Assembly (NCBI GenBank): GCA_000934665.2 | Contig: KZ538726.1 | Coordinates: 1 to 51,038 of the forward strand | Direction of reading: 5' to 3' | Source of the DNA: Catajapyx aquilonaris | Lineage: Eukaryota | DNA: 51,038 nucleotides | Part shown: positions 33,801-47,100 of the stretch, one piece after another | Numbering within the stretch: position 1 is the stretch's first letter | Layout of the letters: each line of letters starts with the position of its first letter | The notes under the pieces: model-generated | What the model was told of the DNA's origin: nothing | Seen by the model: the letters and a program-made list of their open reading frames with translations, nothing else | The model's database searches: none | Position numbers and translations under genes: made by a program

Positions 33801-36800
33801 CGCTTCCGATACGAAATGCGGCCAGATCGATACCGGTAACGAACGATACCGAACATTTCGAGAGTGATTCACGAGGAGACGCGTCCCAAGTGATAGGTTT
33901 GGCGCAACTTGCGCCTCTGGAAATTGATGGCAGTCAGCGATTCGTGCGTCACGGCCCCGATTCCAAATGGCCAACAAGAACCTACACTCCCAAACCCCAT
34001 CGCCATTTTTAGAAAAATAATAGCGGCCATTTTTCTACCCCACACGTCGCATTAGTTTGTCCCCGCAGCAATAAGCAAGTGCTTTTCTCGGGTTTCCCAG
34101 TCAGTATAGCAAAGCAGATAAGCAGTTTTAATTCGAGGGACCCCCCTGTATCCGATATCGGCCCATTGACTCTCTTGGGCGCTTCACAGCGTGAAATTTC
34201 GTCAAATGAGATGGGGAATGAAGGATGAGGAAGATCGGGCACCCTCGCCTCCCCTATAGCACCCTCTGTGTATACCCCCTATTCCCCTCCTCCCTGGACC
34301 CCCTCGCCTCACTTCTAAAGTCTGTAATCAGCCATGTGATAGACTGTGCTAAGTAGTGGAACGAATGGGTGTCCGGAGCAGCCAGTGGATGCTGGCGTGA
34401 AGCAGCATCCGGAGAAAAATGGCCCCACCACTAATTCGCCATGGAAAAGGGTGGGTCGAATACAATAGAGGGGGGTATGTGTAACACACTCACTATTCAG
34501 AATCATGTGATAATACGGTTTTTATTAATCGTGATTTTCATAACTACCACCTTTAAACACACTTAAATAGTAATTTGTGAATGTATAATCATATGCCAAA
34601 AATGTTCTGAATCGCTGCGTAAATCTGATGAAAACATTAACACTCAGCAATATGTTTACCTTGTGCAATGATTTTGTCAACATTCGTGCAGTACAGAATT
34701 CAGGGAATCGATACAAACTGACAATCAGACAAAACTACTTTATTAGAACTAGGTAAAAATGGGATTTCCCATACCATGTGCACGCTGATTACGTGAGGCA
34801 AACAACGCAGTGCAAATAACACCTGCCACGTGCCGCAGCCCGGTCGTCGTGCATTGTCATTCCTTACTAATCCTGGCAACATATTTGATCAGAAATGAAA
34901 CAACAAAATGAGAAGAATAGGCCATTGTTTTAGCACCGAACGTGATGTCCCGCTCCGTTGCACAAGGTTGACGAAACATGCACTCACACACAAACTCTGG
35001 GCCATGTAAACCTGACCGCCCCACCGCAATTACCACCGAATTGAATTTCTTGCAAATAGCTTCGTCTGCCGTCTCAAGCTGTAATTAACTGTTTCCTGGG
35101 GACTCATTAGGGCTCATGTGTGTAAATATGAGAATCACGTGTGCTCGTAAAAAAATCGCCATCACGTGCTAACCGCTGCCCACCCATTCATGTCATATGA
35201 AAAATGCAATTTTTGAAAAATACTGTACATTTTTTTGTAAATCATTGTTAATTTTTATGCAAATTAAGGTTTGAATTAGGCATCGATGTGTATTGAATTT
35301 GAGGTATCTTTTTTACAATACAGGGTGTCTAAAATGATTGCAGCGGTTTCGTGATTTTTTTTGCGGCCGTAGGAATAGAGATGTGGTGATCGAGTGTATG
35401 TCGACTGGACCTCCCAGATTTGCCTGAATTATTTTTTTGTTAATTAAACAAATATTTGTATGAGCAAATGAACTAACAATGAATAATCTAACAACTACAC
35501 AAATGTCCTCTATATGATGGGCTCATACGAAATTTCTCCATTTTGCCCACATTTTACCTAATAATAATAAAATTCGGCTCGCCTTGATCTTACAAGTGCC
35601 CGGGTCAAAATCACCCCCAAAATGAGCGTCTGACACCGCATCACCTATTCCAGAAAAAAAGTGAGAAAAGCGTGTAAAATAAGTTCGGTTGCTCCAATCC
35701 AACGATTTCTTCCTTTGACTAGTATACAGCAGGTATAAGGGGGGTGGAGGGGGACGAACACCATTACCAAACTAAATATAATCTAAATTACAGAGCGGGG
35801 AATTGAACAGAATCCCCGAAAGCTGGCACGTTGCGAGGGGGTACCTGTCGTTTTCCGAGGCCTAATAACAGCGTCTTTCCTGAATCTTTTAGCACGCCGC
35901 TTGCGGTTGTAGACGGCAAACGGAAATCCAGCTCTCGAAACCTATTTATCATCGTCCAGTCTGCTGCTCTGTAATTAGCTTCTCGCCGCCATACCACAAA
36001 AAAAAAACATTTTACCTGCCGGCCCAACACTGTGGGGTTATCTTTCGTTTTCGTCAGATGGCGAGCTTAGTGCCTCAAAAGTTTTAGGCCCATCTTGCGG
36101 CTTTCGATTGTTGGTAGACTGGTTTCGCGGGTGCTGAGGAATATTATAAAAAAAAATTAAGTTAAAATGTGCATGCCTTTTATGGCCGATACAGGATAAT
36201 TTGCACATCGTTCTTGTGCTGATTAATAACGACCTGTGTGGGGGTAAATGTGACCTTTGATTCTCTTTTTTTTTCCTAGACATGTTTTCGTCTAATTGGC
36301 CGGTCGAACACCCTTTCACACGCGGTGAGGGTGTGCATATGCAATGAGCGCATGCAAAAAGGGTGCAATAGCAGCGGGTAATTGAATCAAACATGACAAA
36401 ACCCGATTGTAATGGGTTGGAATTGAAGCGTTGGGTGCTAGAACTCCATCAAGCCAATAGACTTCCAATCACGCACATTTTTTGGGATGTACGGGCAATG
36501 GTGTCTATCTGCAAATGCAGTTTTAGGCGTGGTAAAAAAATACTGCATTTGAAAGTACCGCAGCACGTGGACTAAATTGCTTTCGCCTTAAACTATTCAG
36601 TGTCGAAATCATTACTTAGGCTGTGAAAGCCGAACGTAGTTATCGCGGGATAAATTATTCTCAATATATCTGCCAAGGGTCTTTCAAAAAAGGCCACCGT
36701 GGCCGGTGACCCATGAGGGTCAACAGGGCCCTATATTTCCCCAAATAATTAGTTCCTTTTGATCACACAAGGTATCATGGGACCCGGCAATTAATATCGC

Positions 36801-39800
36801 TCCAGCAATAAGTCAATGGGTGTTAAGGGCGAAATAAAACGCCGGGGCTGATATAATTACCGGTGTTGTAAATCACTCGTCGCAAGCCTTTGAGGCCCTG
36901 GCCGGATCCTCTTTTGGGTTGGGGAAAAAAGGAACGTACGGAGGATGATGGCCCAGAGCTTTCTTCGGGGCGTGGAGGATGCGACTTGATGGGAATACTT
37001 GTAACCATCTTTACACTTCTTCCACCTGCACCCACAATTCGTTGCTATATGGAATGGAGGCAGCGCTGCTCACAAACTCATTTTCCCTCCAGCCCAACTT
37101 CACGCCTTCCATTGATAAATTGTGCTGTGCTTTAACACCGCGATTGAAAATAATAGCCTAATTATAATAAAATTAGCATCCCCCGCCCGCTACCTAATCG
37201 AGCCGCCCATCATATGCGAGGTGAGATTTATGGATGTTTTATATAATAATAAAAAATTTGGAAATAGGAAGCCGCCTTGTTTAGCAGGGAGAAATCATTG
37301 AATGGTGCGGGTTATTCAATTGAAGGTTAGGGGGCATTTTAAAAATAATTATGAGCGTGATATTTCTAATGAGGGGGCGTGATAAGTTAGCTCATGCTTA
37401 CTGCAATTTTGCGATAATTGAATTCAAGCCACAGTTTAGCTATTTTGTATTGCTTATAACACTCTATCCTGAAAGTACAGGTTTGGTCACAAGAATTTCA
37501 GGAGGGAGTGGTCTGAAACCAATCAGGCTTGTTCGCATATAATAAACAGTATTAGGAAAATTAGGACAAGTTGCCGCATTTTTAGATAACAAATTTCCGG
37601 CGAGAAATGGAACCAGTTAGGTTTCCGAACCGCATCATTAGTATATTTATAATCATCGAAATCATGAGAAAATTTTTATGGTGCAGGTTTGTCTCGTGCC
37701 TCATCAAAAACTTCTTCTTTTTTTTACACAACATAATCCACAATACAAGAAGGCAGATAGGCATCGGGAGATCACAACAAGTTTTTCTAATCCATCCCAG
37801 AGGACTTAGCTACCGGAAAATCCGATTAGACCAGCCACTAGAACGACTAGCTTTTGCTACTTGTGTTACTTCCAAATACCAAAAAGTCCGGATTTCGACA
37901 AGGCAAATGAGTTTCCGACGACACCTGAAAATATGTTTTTTTAAAAAACGGACTACTTGGCCAACTGCCGGCTATTATACAAAAAAAGCGTTTTCCCACG
38001 GCGCAAAAAATAGCATTAGTGGTAATGACCAAGTTTGCACTTCACCATCACGTTTCACTATCACCTCCGTTGTTAAATGAACCCCGGATATCCCATTATT
38101 TATACCTTCCTCCCTCCCGGTTCCAGTAGGATCCCTATCGCACATCCAAATCTCATTACAAACACCAAAATCCACTTCCGAGGAACCGGACTTTTGAACC
38201 CATTTCTTTTATACGATAAGCATATGGCTTATTTTTTCAGTACACAAAAGGCAAGCCAAGCCGTCCCAATATGACTGTGACAAAGAGATGCCCCACCTGC
38301 CTCAGTGTCAACCGGTTTATGATCTCCAAGCATGCTTGGGACGCTCCCCTAACTATACAATAGTTTTTTCTAGCTCTATTCAGTGGGTGATTATTATTAA
38401 AATCCGGTAGCCTCCGTACATGTTAAATAGGCCACCTGCCTGGTTCTAAACTTAAAGCTTGGCAGTAGGGTCGGATTTGATTTTCAACAGAGCCCTACAG
38501 CCATTACTTATGCCATGGAGCTCAGTGTAAACATTGGAGACAAACCGAAAGATGCAAATCCTTGCCAAAAGAGTGAATACTAATAAGGTTTAGTAGGGTG
38601 AGCAGTTGCAGCTGTCAGTCAGGGATGTGTACACAAAAGGACAGATTTTTTGAACAAAATGTCGTCTGAACAGCGGTTATGTGCCGCCTTGTGTATAAAA
38701 AATTCTGGCTAGAAAGGGTTAATTGGCTTTGGTTGTTTTTTTTTTCTTAGGGGGCGGATTTGGAGCCAAAATTCCCCAAAGGTGTTGCAGGAACCTGCGA
38801 AAATGTTCGGTTCCCTTGTCAGCACTGTCAGTGACACGGAGCTCCCGAGGCGGTCGGCGAGCCTAATTAGAGGGCTGGGAAGGCTGGGGAATTAGCCCCT
38901 GTGGGTTGCGGGCCCGGGCCTCATTCAGATGGCGGGGCTAGGGAGGAGGAGCTGCCTGGATAACACCACATTCTCTGTCAATCCTGATGTAAAACGCCAG
39001 GAACAACTGAATACCGGCTTGGGTCAACTTGCACAGAACTGCTTGGGGCTAATGCGCATGCGCAACCCGCTCACATTTTTTTTGAATGTAATTTTTTTTA
39101 AATCATGAAAAAATTAACGCAATAACGTACAATGTCCTGCATATAGGACATCAGGCATGTACTAACTGCAGTTGGCAACACTGGCCACATGTATTGAGTA
39201 AGGGTGAGGCTTGTCACTTGTTAACCGCAGCTTTTGTCCACATGTCAGAACCCCATTCGTCATTCCTGGGGGGGCCCTTTTGAGAAGAGCCGTATGTACA
39301 TTGGATGGAATCTAGGCCCTGGATTTCACCTTGATTTCACACCTTTCCCACCAGTTTCGCACAAAGAGGTAGCTCCAGTTCTTCCTATTGGTAGCTGCTC
39401 TAAAAGGCGATGTCAGCCCTGTTCTTTTTGCTTCATACTGGACAGGCTGAGATGACGGGTAGAGAAGGGGAGCAATTAGCTCACGAAGTTGTTCATATCG
39501 GTAAGAGAGATTGGCACTATCTTCCCTACATCTCGAATCTGTCTGGCCTCCCAACTTACTTTTTTTTTCTTCTAACTTAACTCGAAGAAGACGAATGACG
39601 ACCGCAAAGTGCGGATAAGAATGAGCTCCGTGCGATGTGACCTATAAATTACTAGGAAGGCGATCTTTTTGTAGAAATAATGCATTGGCGTGAAACCGAA
39701 CCTAATAGGCAATTCCTTTGTCGCCTTTGGCTCTAGGAACGATCCGGGTCGTCCTCGAAAATATATATCACGCATTCCACATAGCAATTTCCAAGCCGCA

Positions 39801-42800
39801 CTATTAATCATATTTTCCTATTTGGGAATGAAAAAGGCTGACGTGTCAATGTATGCATGGCTTTAGAGGTGAATTTCCGTGCACGTTTGTCTTGTGCAAT
39901 TGCGTTACATGTAGGCTGCAATTGTATGGGGCGAAAGGAAAATTTGCTTGGATGTAATTTCGCAGGTATATCTCTCAGGTGGAAAAGAATAAGAAGGTGA
40001 AAAAAAAACCACGGGTTATTTTCCCTCACGATTTATCGCTCAAGGTGTGGTTTTCAACTCATTCATCACGCCTGTCAGGAGATTCAATATTTTGCGGCTG
40101 AGGCCCCGCCTGTGATGCCTATTAGGAGAGAAAAAGGTCACTTCCTTTCAGCCAGGACAAGGCTGCGCGGACTTGGATGGATGGGAAATCTTGCAGACTC
40201 ATAAACACTGCTAAATTTCTGAACAGTTTAGCATTTGTAATATTTTGCTTGAACTTGCCAAGACAGTTTGGAGTAAAACAAGCTGCCATTTTGGAATGAT
40301 AATTCAAATTAATTCAATATTAAAAACAAATAAATGTGCAATAAATACTACTAAATTTTGCAAAAATACGTACTACCCTATGTTAATGAACTAAATTGTA
40401 ATATTAATCGAATAAGAATTTAAGCAGCTGTAAGCCTAAACTTCAGTGTATATTAGACATCCCTTGCTACTGGTTTAAAACCAATAAATATTTTGTACCC
40501 AGACCGGGTCATGCAACAAAAAAGTGCTAGTCAAATGCAAACAGGGTTGGAGCAGCAATGCCAACTGCTTTTTGGGAGTGACAAGTGCATGCTGTGGACA
40601 AGGTGGCCAAGCAGGAGTTTCTCTCTTTATTCATTTGCTTCTCCTCCAGTTCGCCTTGTGTCCCTCTTGTGCCAGGTGACAATGATGGATTGGGCTGGCT
40701 ATGGAAGAGCCCTGCCATCTTTTCCTCCCCCTGAGCACTGTCTTCTCAACATCCCCGCGGTGATGGGGCTTGCATGAAGAAATGACCTCCTGGAACCTCT
40801 GGGAGGGCAAGCCTTGATGCGAAAGGGGTGCTGGATGACTACACCGGTGGAGTCATGGGGTCTGTTCCTGCCGTCTATTGTCAGCCTTCGAGGACCACCA
40901 TGTCGGGTTAACGGTAGAAATATTGTTTTGGTATCAAAAATGGCGTTATTTTGGTGTCTCTTAGCAAGGACATTTTTTTAAGGTCGTCCTTGCATTTTAA
41001 TTACGAAAAGCCACAAAAATGCCGGCAACACGTGCAGAGTCCACAAATTCCGATGTCACCCTTAGTCCAGGACTTGACGTCAACCTGAGTAACAAGCTTT
41101 CCATTAGGATGGAAACATGCAATTAAGCCGCTTTAAAAAAAAATTAGTTTTCTCAGAAATATTTTTTTATCGTACCGGTACGCTATATAACCAGTCGGTA
41201 AATCAAGAACGATGACGCCGATGTGCAACCGATCAACGTGATGACATTGGACTTTCATCATCGGGCGGTGGAAAGCGTGCAAAACACGGAGGCGCAATTT
41301 CGGGTGCAAAAGTGTGGTGTTGGAACAAACCGCTCTGTTTCTGGCGTAGCCAAGTGTAGAGATAAGCAGTCACCGGATCGAGAGGTCAGGTCATCGTAGC
41401 GTGGCGAAAGAAGAGAGACAAGCATTCTTTTTCAAACGTGACTCGTGGGTGTAACGTCTTGTCTGCACTCCGTCTGGTTTATTTGACTGTGAGCTGGGAG
41501 GCTTCGGTGAAAATAATCTGGCTACTCCCTTGTATACGAGTTGTCAAAAAATCCGGACGCCATTTTATATAATCCTAGGCACTAATTCCCGATTGCTCTC
41601 CTCAACTTGTTCAGAGTTGGAAAACGAGCTTGCCTTTTCTAGTGGACCCTCCGGAATGCTTAATTGCAGCTCGCCTATTAGTCCCAGGCCAATTACACGC
41701 AATCCAACTGTGCTTCTTTAATTTTACGACACCCTTCAACGATGCAAAACGACGTCTTTACTCCCTCAAGCAGAATAACAAATTGGATTGGTCTTGTGCA
41801 GAAGGACGGTTCGGGAGGATATATAGGCCAAGAGGTCGTTTATCTCTAGGACTGTACCACGAATGTGACATGCGGCCTCGTGTGACCGGATTTGTATCTT
41901 GTCTGTTTGTCATTTGGAATAGTGTTCCCTGGCAGCCAATTGACCCGCAGCCAAATGTCGTAGCGAGTGGTTTTCTAGGCCTTAGGGGTTCTCTAGTATG
42001 ATCTTAAAAATTGGTCTTTACGCTCCAGAATGACAGGCTACCTAATGAACTGGTGACACTGTTGTTGCAACCCTCCAAAGCCCCCTATATAAAGGTGTTT
42101 GCTGGTATAGCAATAGGCAACAAATAGTCCCCTGTTGTTGTAAGTGTCAGCTGGCAAACACTTCTTTGACAGGCCACACGCGCTACCAAATCCCTGGAAG
42201 AGACTCTTCCTCCTCCATCACCATCCATCGTTCCTTGAAGGCACGGAAGAAGGCGCCATGTGCATCGAGTGGGGGAGGGAGGAGCATTTATATTGGCAAG
42301 AGGCCTCCCTCTCCCCTTATACTCGCAGAAGCAAGCAGCGGTTGCGGGGGCCAAACAAATGAGCTGGCCATCCATCAGAGTCGGTGGCCTCCTTAATGCT
42401 TCCTCGGCTTCGTTAGCAAGGGCGTCTGGAGCGTCGCCTCCATAACCTCCCTCCGTAGCCTGGGCAATTAAGGCCTTGATGAATGGTCCAAGACGTCGAA
42501 TGGGAGGCATATGGCGGCGCATGGGACCACTCCTCTTCTTACCAAGCCACACACGGCGCTTGCTCGGGTCGTGGATGGGACATGCGCGGGTCACTGGGCC
42601 ACTGATGACAGCTCACAGGATGTGGTGACATCCACACTCCCTGCTCGCTCTCCCTATGTACCAAACACTAGACCATGTCGAGGGATGTTTCAGCCTGAGG
42701 AGGGGGAGACCCACCACCAAGAAAGTTTGGCGTGAGAAAGCGGGGCACATGCTTGGTTCTGGCGCCAACAACACTCTAGTTTTGGTACCTTGCTGACAGG

Positions 42801-44037
42801 GTCGGAGGGGCTGGCCCAAGGAAGGGTGACGTTGTGCAGGTCATGGAACACCCAAGGGTGGAGGACGAATGCTTGATGGCCTTGCCAATTTAATGCCGTC
42901 CGAGGCAATATAGAGGGCCCGGACATCAATCATCCATTAGGTTTCTGACGGCGGCGGCGGCGACCCTGTCAGATCCTGCCCGTTCCGTCCCATTTCCCAT
43001 AGGATGTTGAAATAGGCGAATCAAAATAATATGTTACGGGTTGGACAAGTAGGTGATTTTTGAAAGTAGCAGTACATAGCGGCATTGTAATGCTGATTTT
43101 CTTCTATCGGCTTGCTCCCGTAAAGTGATATACATTCATATACAGTGTATAGTATATGTTTGTGCGTAGTTCTCGTTTATAATGTGTGGGCAGCAAAGTT
43201 CAATAAAAAGCCAATGAAATCAGTAACGGAAGTAGGTTGAAATGCTACATAAAACTGTGACATTACTTTGTTATCTGATGAATGTCAGGCATATAATAGA
43301 TGCATTACGCTTAATATTAATATAGGGACGTGAAATGAAAATGACACAGTGTAGCTTAATATACTGCACCGATAACTTAACCCTCGTTGTTTTGCAAGTT
43401 ATACACGTTAGCAACATGCCGCGAGGCCCTTTCGGTGCCCTTTTATATTGCCATAAAGCCCCCCATTTTACGAGTACCGGTCAATACTGGGGAACATGAA
43501 GTCTGAAAATGAAACAACAAAATGGGCTGGAAGAAAGGTGGCATTACCATAACGCCTGAGACAGTTAGGGAATAAAAGTGGATGTCTCCCCATGCACTAA
43601 CCTCCGGTAGCTCATTTCACGGGTTTCCTGGCACAATTTTCGAGACAAAGGGCGCCGAAGCGAGCAAATTAATGGCGGCGCACGCACATGTGCAGTGTAT
43701 ATAGGAAGAGAACCTATTATTAGAGCTATCCGTGTAGTGTTCCGTTCTGGAGAGATGGTCACATGCCCTTCTGGCCTAACCTTCATCTCATCCTCCTGCT
43801 TCCATCAAGTATTTTTTTTTATTACTACAACCGTTCTTTGCGGATGAGACACTTCTGCTAGGGATGAAGACAAGGTGGAGAGTTCATGCAATTTGAGCCC
43901 TTAGCTCCATTTGTGAAATGGCCCGTCTCCCGGGTAGCAGGACGAGTTGTACCACATTGCATTTAGATTGACCTCTTTAAGCCGCACGGGACAGACCGAC
44001 GAATGAGTCATGGAATAAGGGAGAGGGGGGGGGGGGG

Positions 44038-44157
44038 NNNNNNNNNNNNNNNNNNNNNNNNNNNNNNNNNNNNNNNNNNNNNNNNNNNNNNNNNNNNNNN
44101 NNNNNNNNNNNNNNNNNNNNNNNNNNNNNNNNNNNNNNNNNNNNNNNNNNNNNNNNN
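44038..44157. other. Assembly gap (120 N) after a poly-G run; a further single N at 44601 inside a poly-C run
   Basis: Directly visible in the sequence. Confidence 0.99.
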
Positions 44158-47100
44158 CACCTGTTACGTGGAAGGGGACATCTTTTTGTAGAAAACGTGC
44201 GGATGCATGCTACTGGGCTTATTGCTGCTGTAGATGGTATATTTGTCCGTGCCTTATGCTGCGTCCGTAAAGGTGGAATCCGACAATTTGCGTTTATCTT
44301 ACGTATTATTGGGGACAGCCTGTTGTTTCAGGAAGATGGCAGGAGATGGCAGTGGCGACGTCGCATCGCTCCTGCCGCCTGGCGTTGAAAGCACAATCTT
44401 CAACGCCAGAATTGCTCTCCCAGTTTCCCTAGTCACGGAATGCTACCGCGAAACCACAAAACCATTTGCGAGGAATCGTAACAGGTGCGGCGGGGGCTGC
44501 CAGCAGGGTGCTTCGTGAAGCCTGAAAAAGGAAATGTAGTAGGTAGTACGTAGGTAGCAAAGGGACGGGACTTGAATGGACGGATACCCCCCCCCCCCCC
44601 NCCCCCCCCCCCCATCTCCTGGTCGTCCACCCCACCTTACCCCACCTTTTTTCTCTAACAAATATCAGCTGTCATGAGAGCGACGGGGAGCGTCGTTGAG
44701 CTATACGACCCAAATGCGTTGGGAGGACTCTCTGAATTTTTCTTTAACGAGAGAAAAGCGTGCGAACGAACTGGAAAGTCTATTTTTCACCCCCTTGGGA
44801 GCGGGTACAGGGGAGAGAAGACACGTCCAGCTTCCTCCTGCTGCTGCAAAACTACTTGATCTATGTCCCATGCTGGAGTCCAAATTCAATAACACCTGTG
44901 CCACTCGGGTTTATGGGGAGACTGTCACCTGACTTCTCTTCAGGTTGTCCCCGAGATAAAAAGAAATGGTAAAATACGACGGGACAACCCAATGGATATG
45001 CCTTCTCTTGGGTAGGTGTTTGACACTTGTAATATACAGTTGTTTGGGAATTGGCCGCTATTCAACTGGACCTGCCATTGCTTGCCGGAATTTTATAGGC
45101 ATGCGATGCAAGGGCCGGTTGTGTCAACACAACGGGGTAAATCTACAATATTCTTCATGCAGAGCCGGAGATTTAATTTTTACCATTGGGCATCCAATGG
45201 CCAGGAGAAATATTTAAAAAGAAATTTTGTTAGGGTGACTTTTTGTAATGTCACTCATTGTTCTGTATCCGGAAATATTTTTCACGGACATCTAACACAA
45301 CTAACGTCATTCCATGGCTATCATATACTACTGTACAAGTAGGGCCTATAACTGCTATAAGTATGAAAAAAGTAAATTACAAGTATCCACCCCAAAACAA
45401 ACGGTCATATTTTCCCACATGTTTTACAGCCCCTGTCAATTTAATTTTGTATGAATTCCATCAAAATCAATTTCTGTCAGCATTCAAGCATGCACATTTT
45501 GATAAGAACATAATGAGCCAATAAAACCCAACTAGCAGGCATAATTTTCAAGAAAAGAGGTCCGTGTAAGAAAAGGCATGTCGGAGTACCAACTTCCTTT
45601 CGCATGCGTTCACCTGGACAGGTGTTCCATTCCAGGCAGGCAGGCAGGCTTCCTGTAAAAGATGATGTCGATGTTTACCTTGAGTCCATCAGAGTACGAT
45701 TTAAGGCCCGCCCTGGCAGTGAATCAGAGCTGATTGTGTTTGGCGAGGCAGCATGTGTGTTACATGTCCTTGTACCCCCCTCCTGAGGTGGGAACAAAAG
45801 CGCGGAGACGGCGTTGGCGATGAATTGCAACGTCCGTTGGGCACTGCCTCAGACCACGCACTTCTCTTCTTCTTCACCACCACCATTCCAGCCTCTTGGT
45901 GGGTCCTCCTCCTCCTCCACCTTCTTCTGAGATGCCTGCCGAGCCCCTCGCGCGAAGACAGCTCGCCGGGAGACTTTACGAGACACTTGCACATGCACGA
46001 GTCCAAGCCACCTTTCTCTCTTCTTATTGTCTCCTCTTTGCCTATGCTTCCCTACGTTTTTCTTTTATGGCTTCTTTTCTTCGGGGTGAGGTCGTTGGAC
46101 TTTTGGTACACCTTGTTTCAGTCGGAATATTTTTGGGCATTGTGCACTCTGGAGAGATGATCCGGAGCTGGGAGACTGAAAACATACCGGATCGAGGTGA
46201 TAATCAGAGTTCTCATCCTATATATGCACATATTGTGGCCATATAGCCATATAGTATTTGATAGGTGTCAAGAAGCATATAGTACATTTTAACGAGCATC
46301 ATAAATATTAGATTGTTATTATGCGGTCTCTAATTTTCAGATTTAATTAAGCGCAATTTGTTAGTATTGCCGTCCTACATGTGGAAAAAAGTCATATTTG
46401 CACATCGCGACATGGTCGTTAGGCAATTCGATAAAATACGACATTGCAATTTCCAGTGGTGCCTTTTTTACACGTATACGACACATAAGTGGGCATCTTA
46501 TGACAGCCGTATAAGAGTGTTAATTTTTCTAGTCCTCCTATAAAATGCGAAACTCTTATAAGTTGTTTATCATAATCATAATCAAATATAAAACGTGTAC
46601 AAAAGTTATTGTAGATAAAATTATTTTAGGAATATACTCGTATTTACACAGCAGTATGCATCTTGATCGGCGAAAAAGTGAAGCTATATGAACTCGGACC
46701 TGTACAAGTGTACATGTTAGTTTGGGTATATTGGTGTTTCACTATATTACAAACTCCCTCAGCTTTTGGTTCTAGAATACAAAAGTAGTTTACCGGCTTT
46801 GCAGTCAAGCCTTGTTGATGGGATTCATTTTATTAACTCAAATTACTGTATGTGATTTTGGCAGTGCGGAATTACATAACTATAGCTTGTAATATAATAT
46901 TATGCATGCATAACATTAGAGGTTGCGCCTTGGCGCTTGTTTATCATATACTACACACAGTGTTATCGTGAACGATAAATACATACAATAATAATTATAG
47001 TAATAAATTATTGGTTGGATAAAATTAAGGTGCTACAATATTTGGAAATGCATACGATATTTCATTCTGAGCAAGTTTTAGCCATATGATAATTTTTCCA

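Noticed and set aside
35319..35330. TACAGGGTGT mariner-type terminus
   Set aside because: No matching inverted end was found nearby.
37607..38080. 157-aa ORF
   Set aside because: The composition is not protein-like and no family is recognisable; probably repeat-derived.
41531..42070. Possible solo LTR (TG start, internal TATA-like motif)
   Set aside because: I could not find a matching CA end with a target-site duplication.
42085..42929. 169-aa minus-strand ORF and neighbours in a GC-rich patch
   Set aside because: No recognisable domain or splice-consistent model; long ORFs are expected at this GC content.
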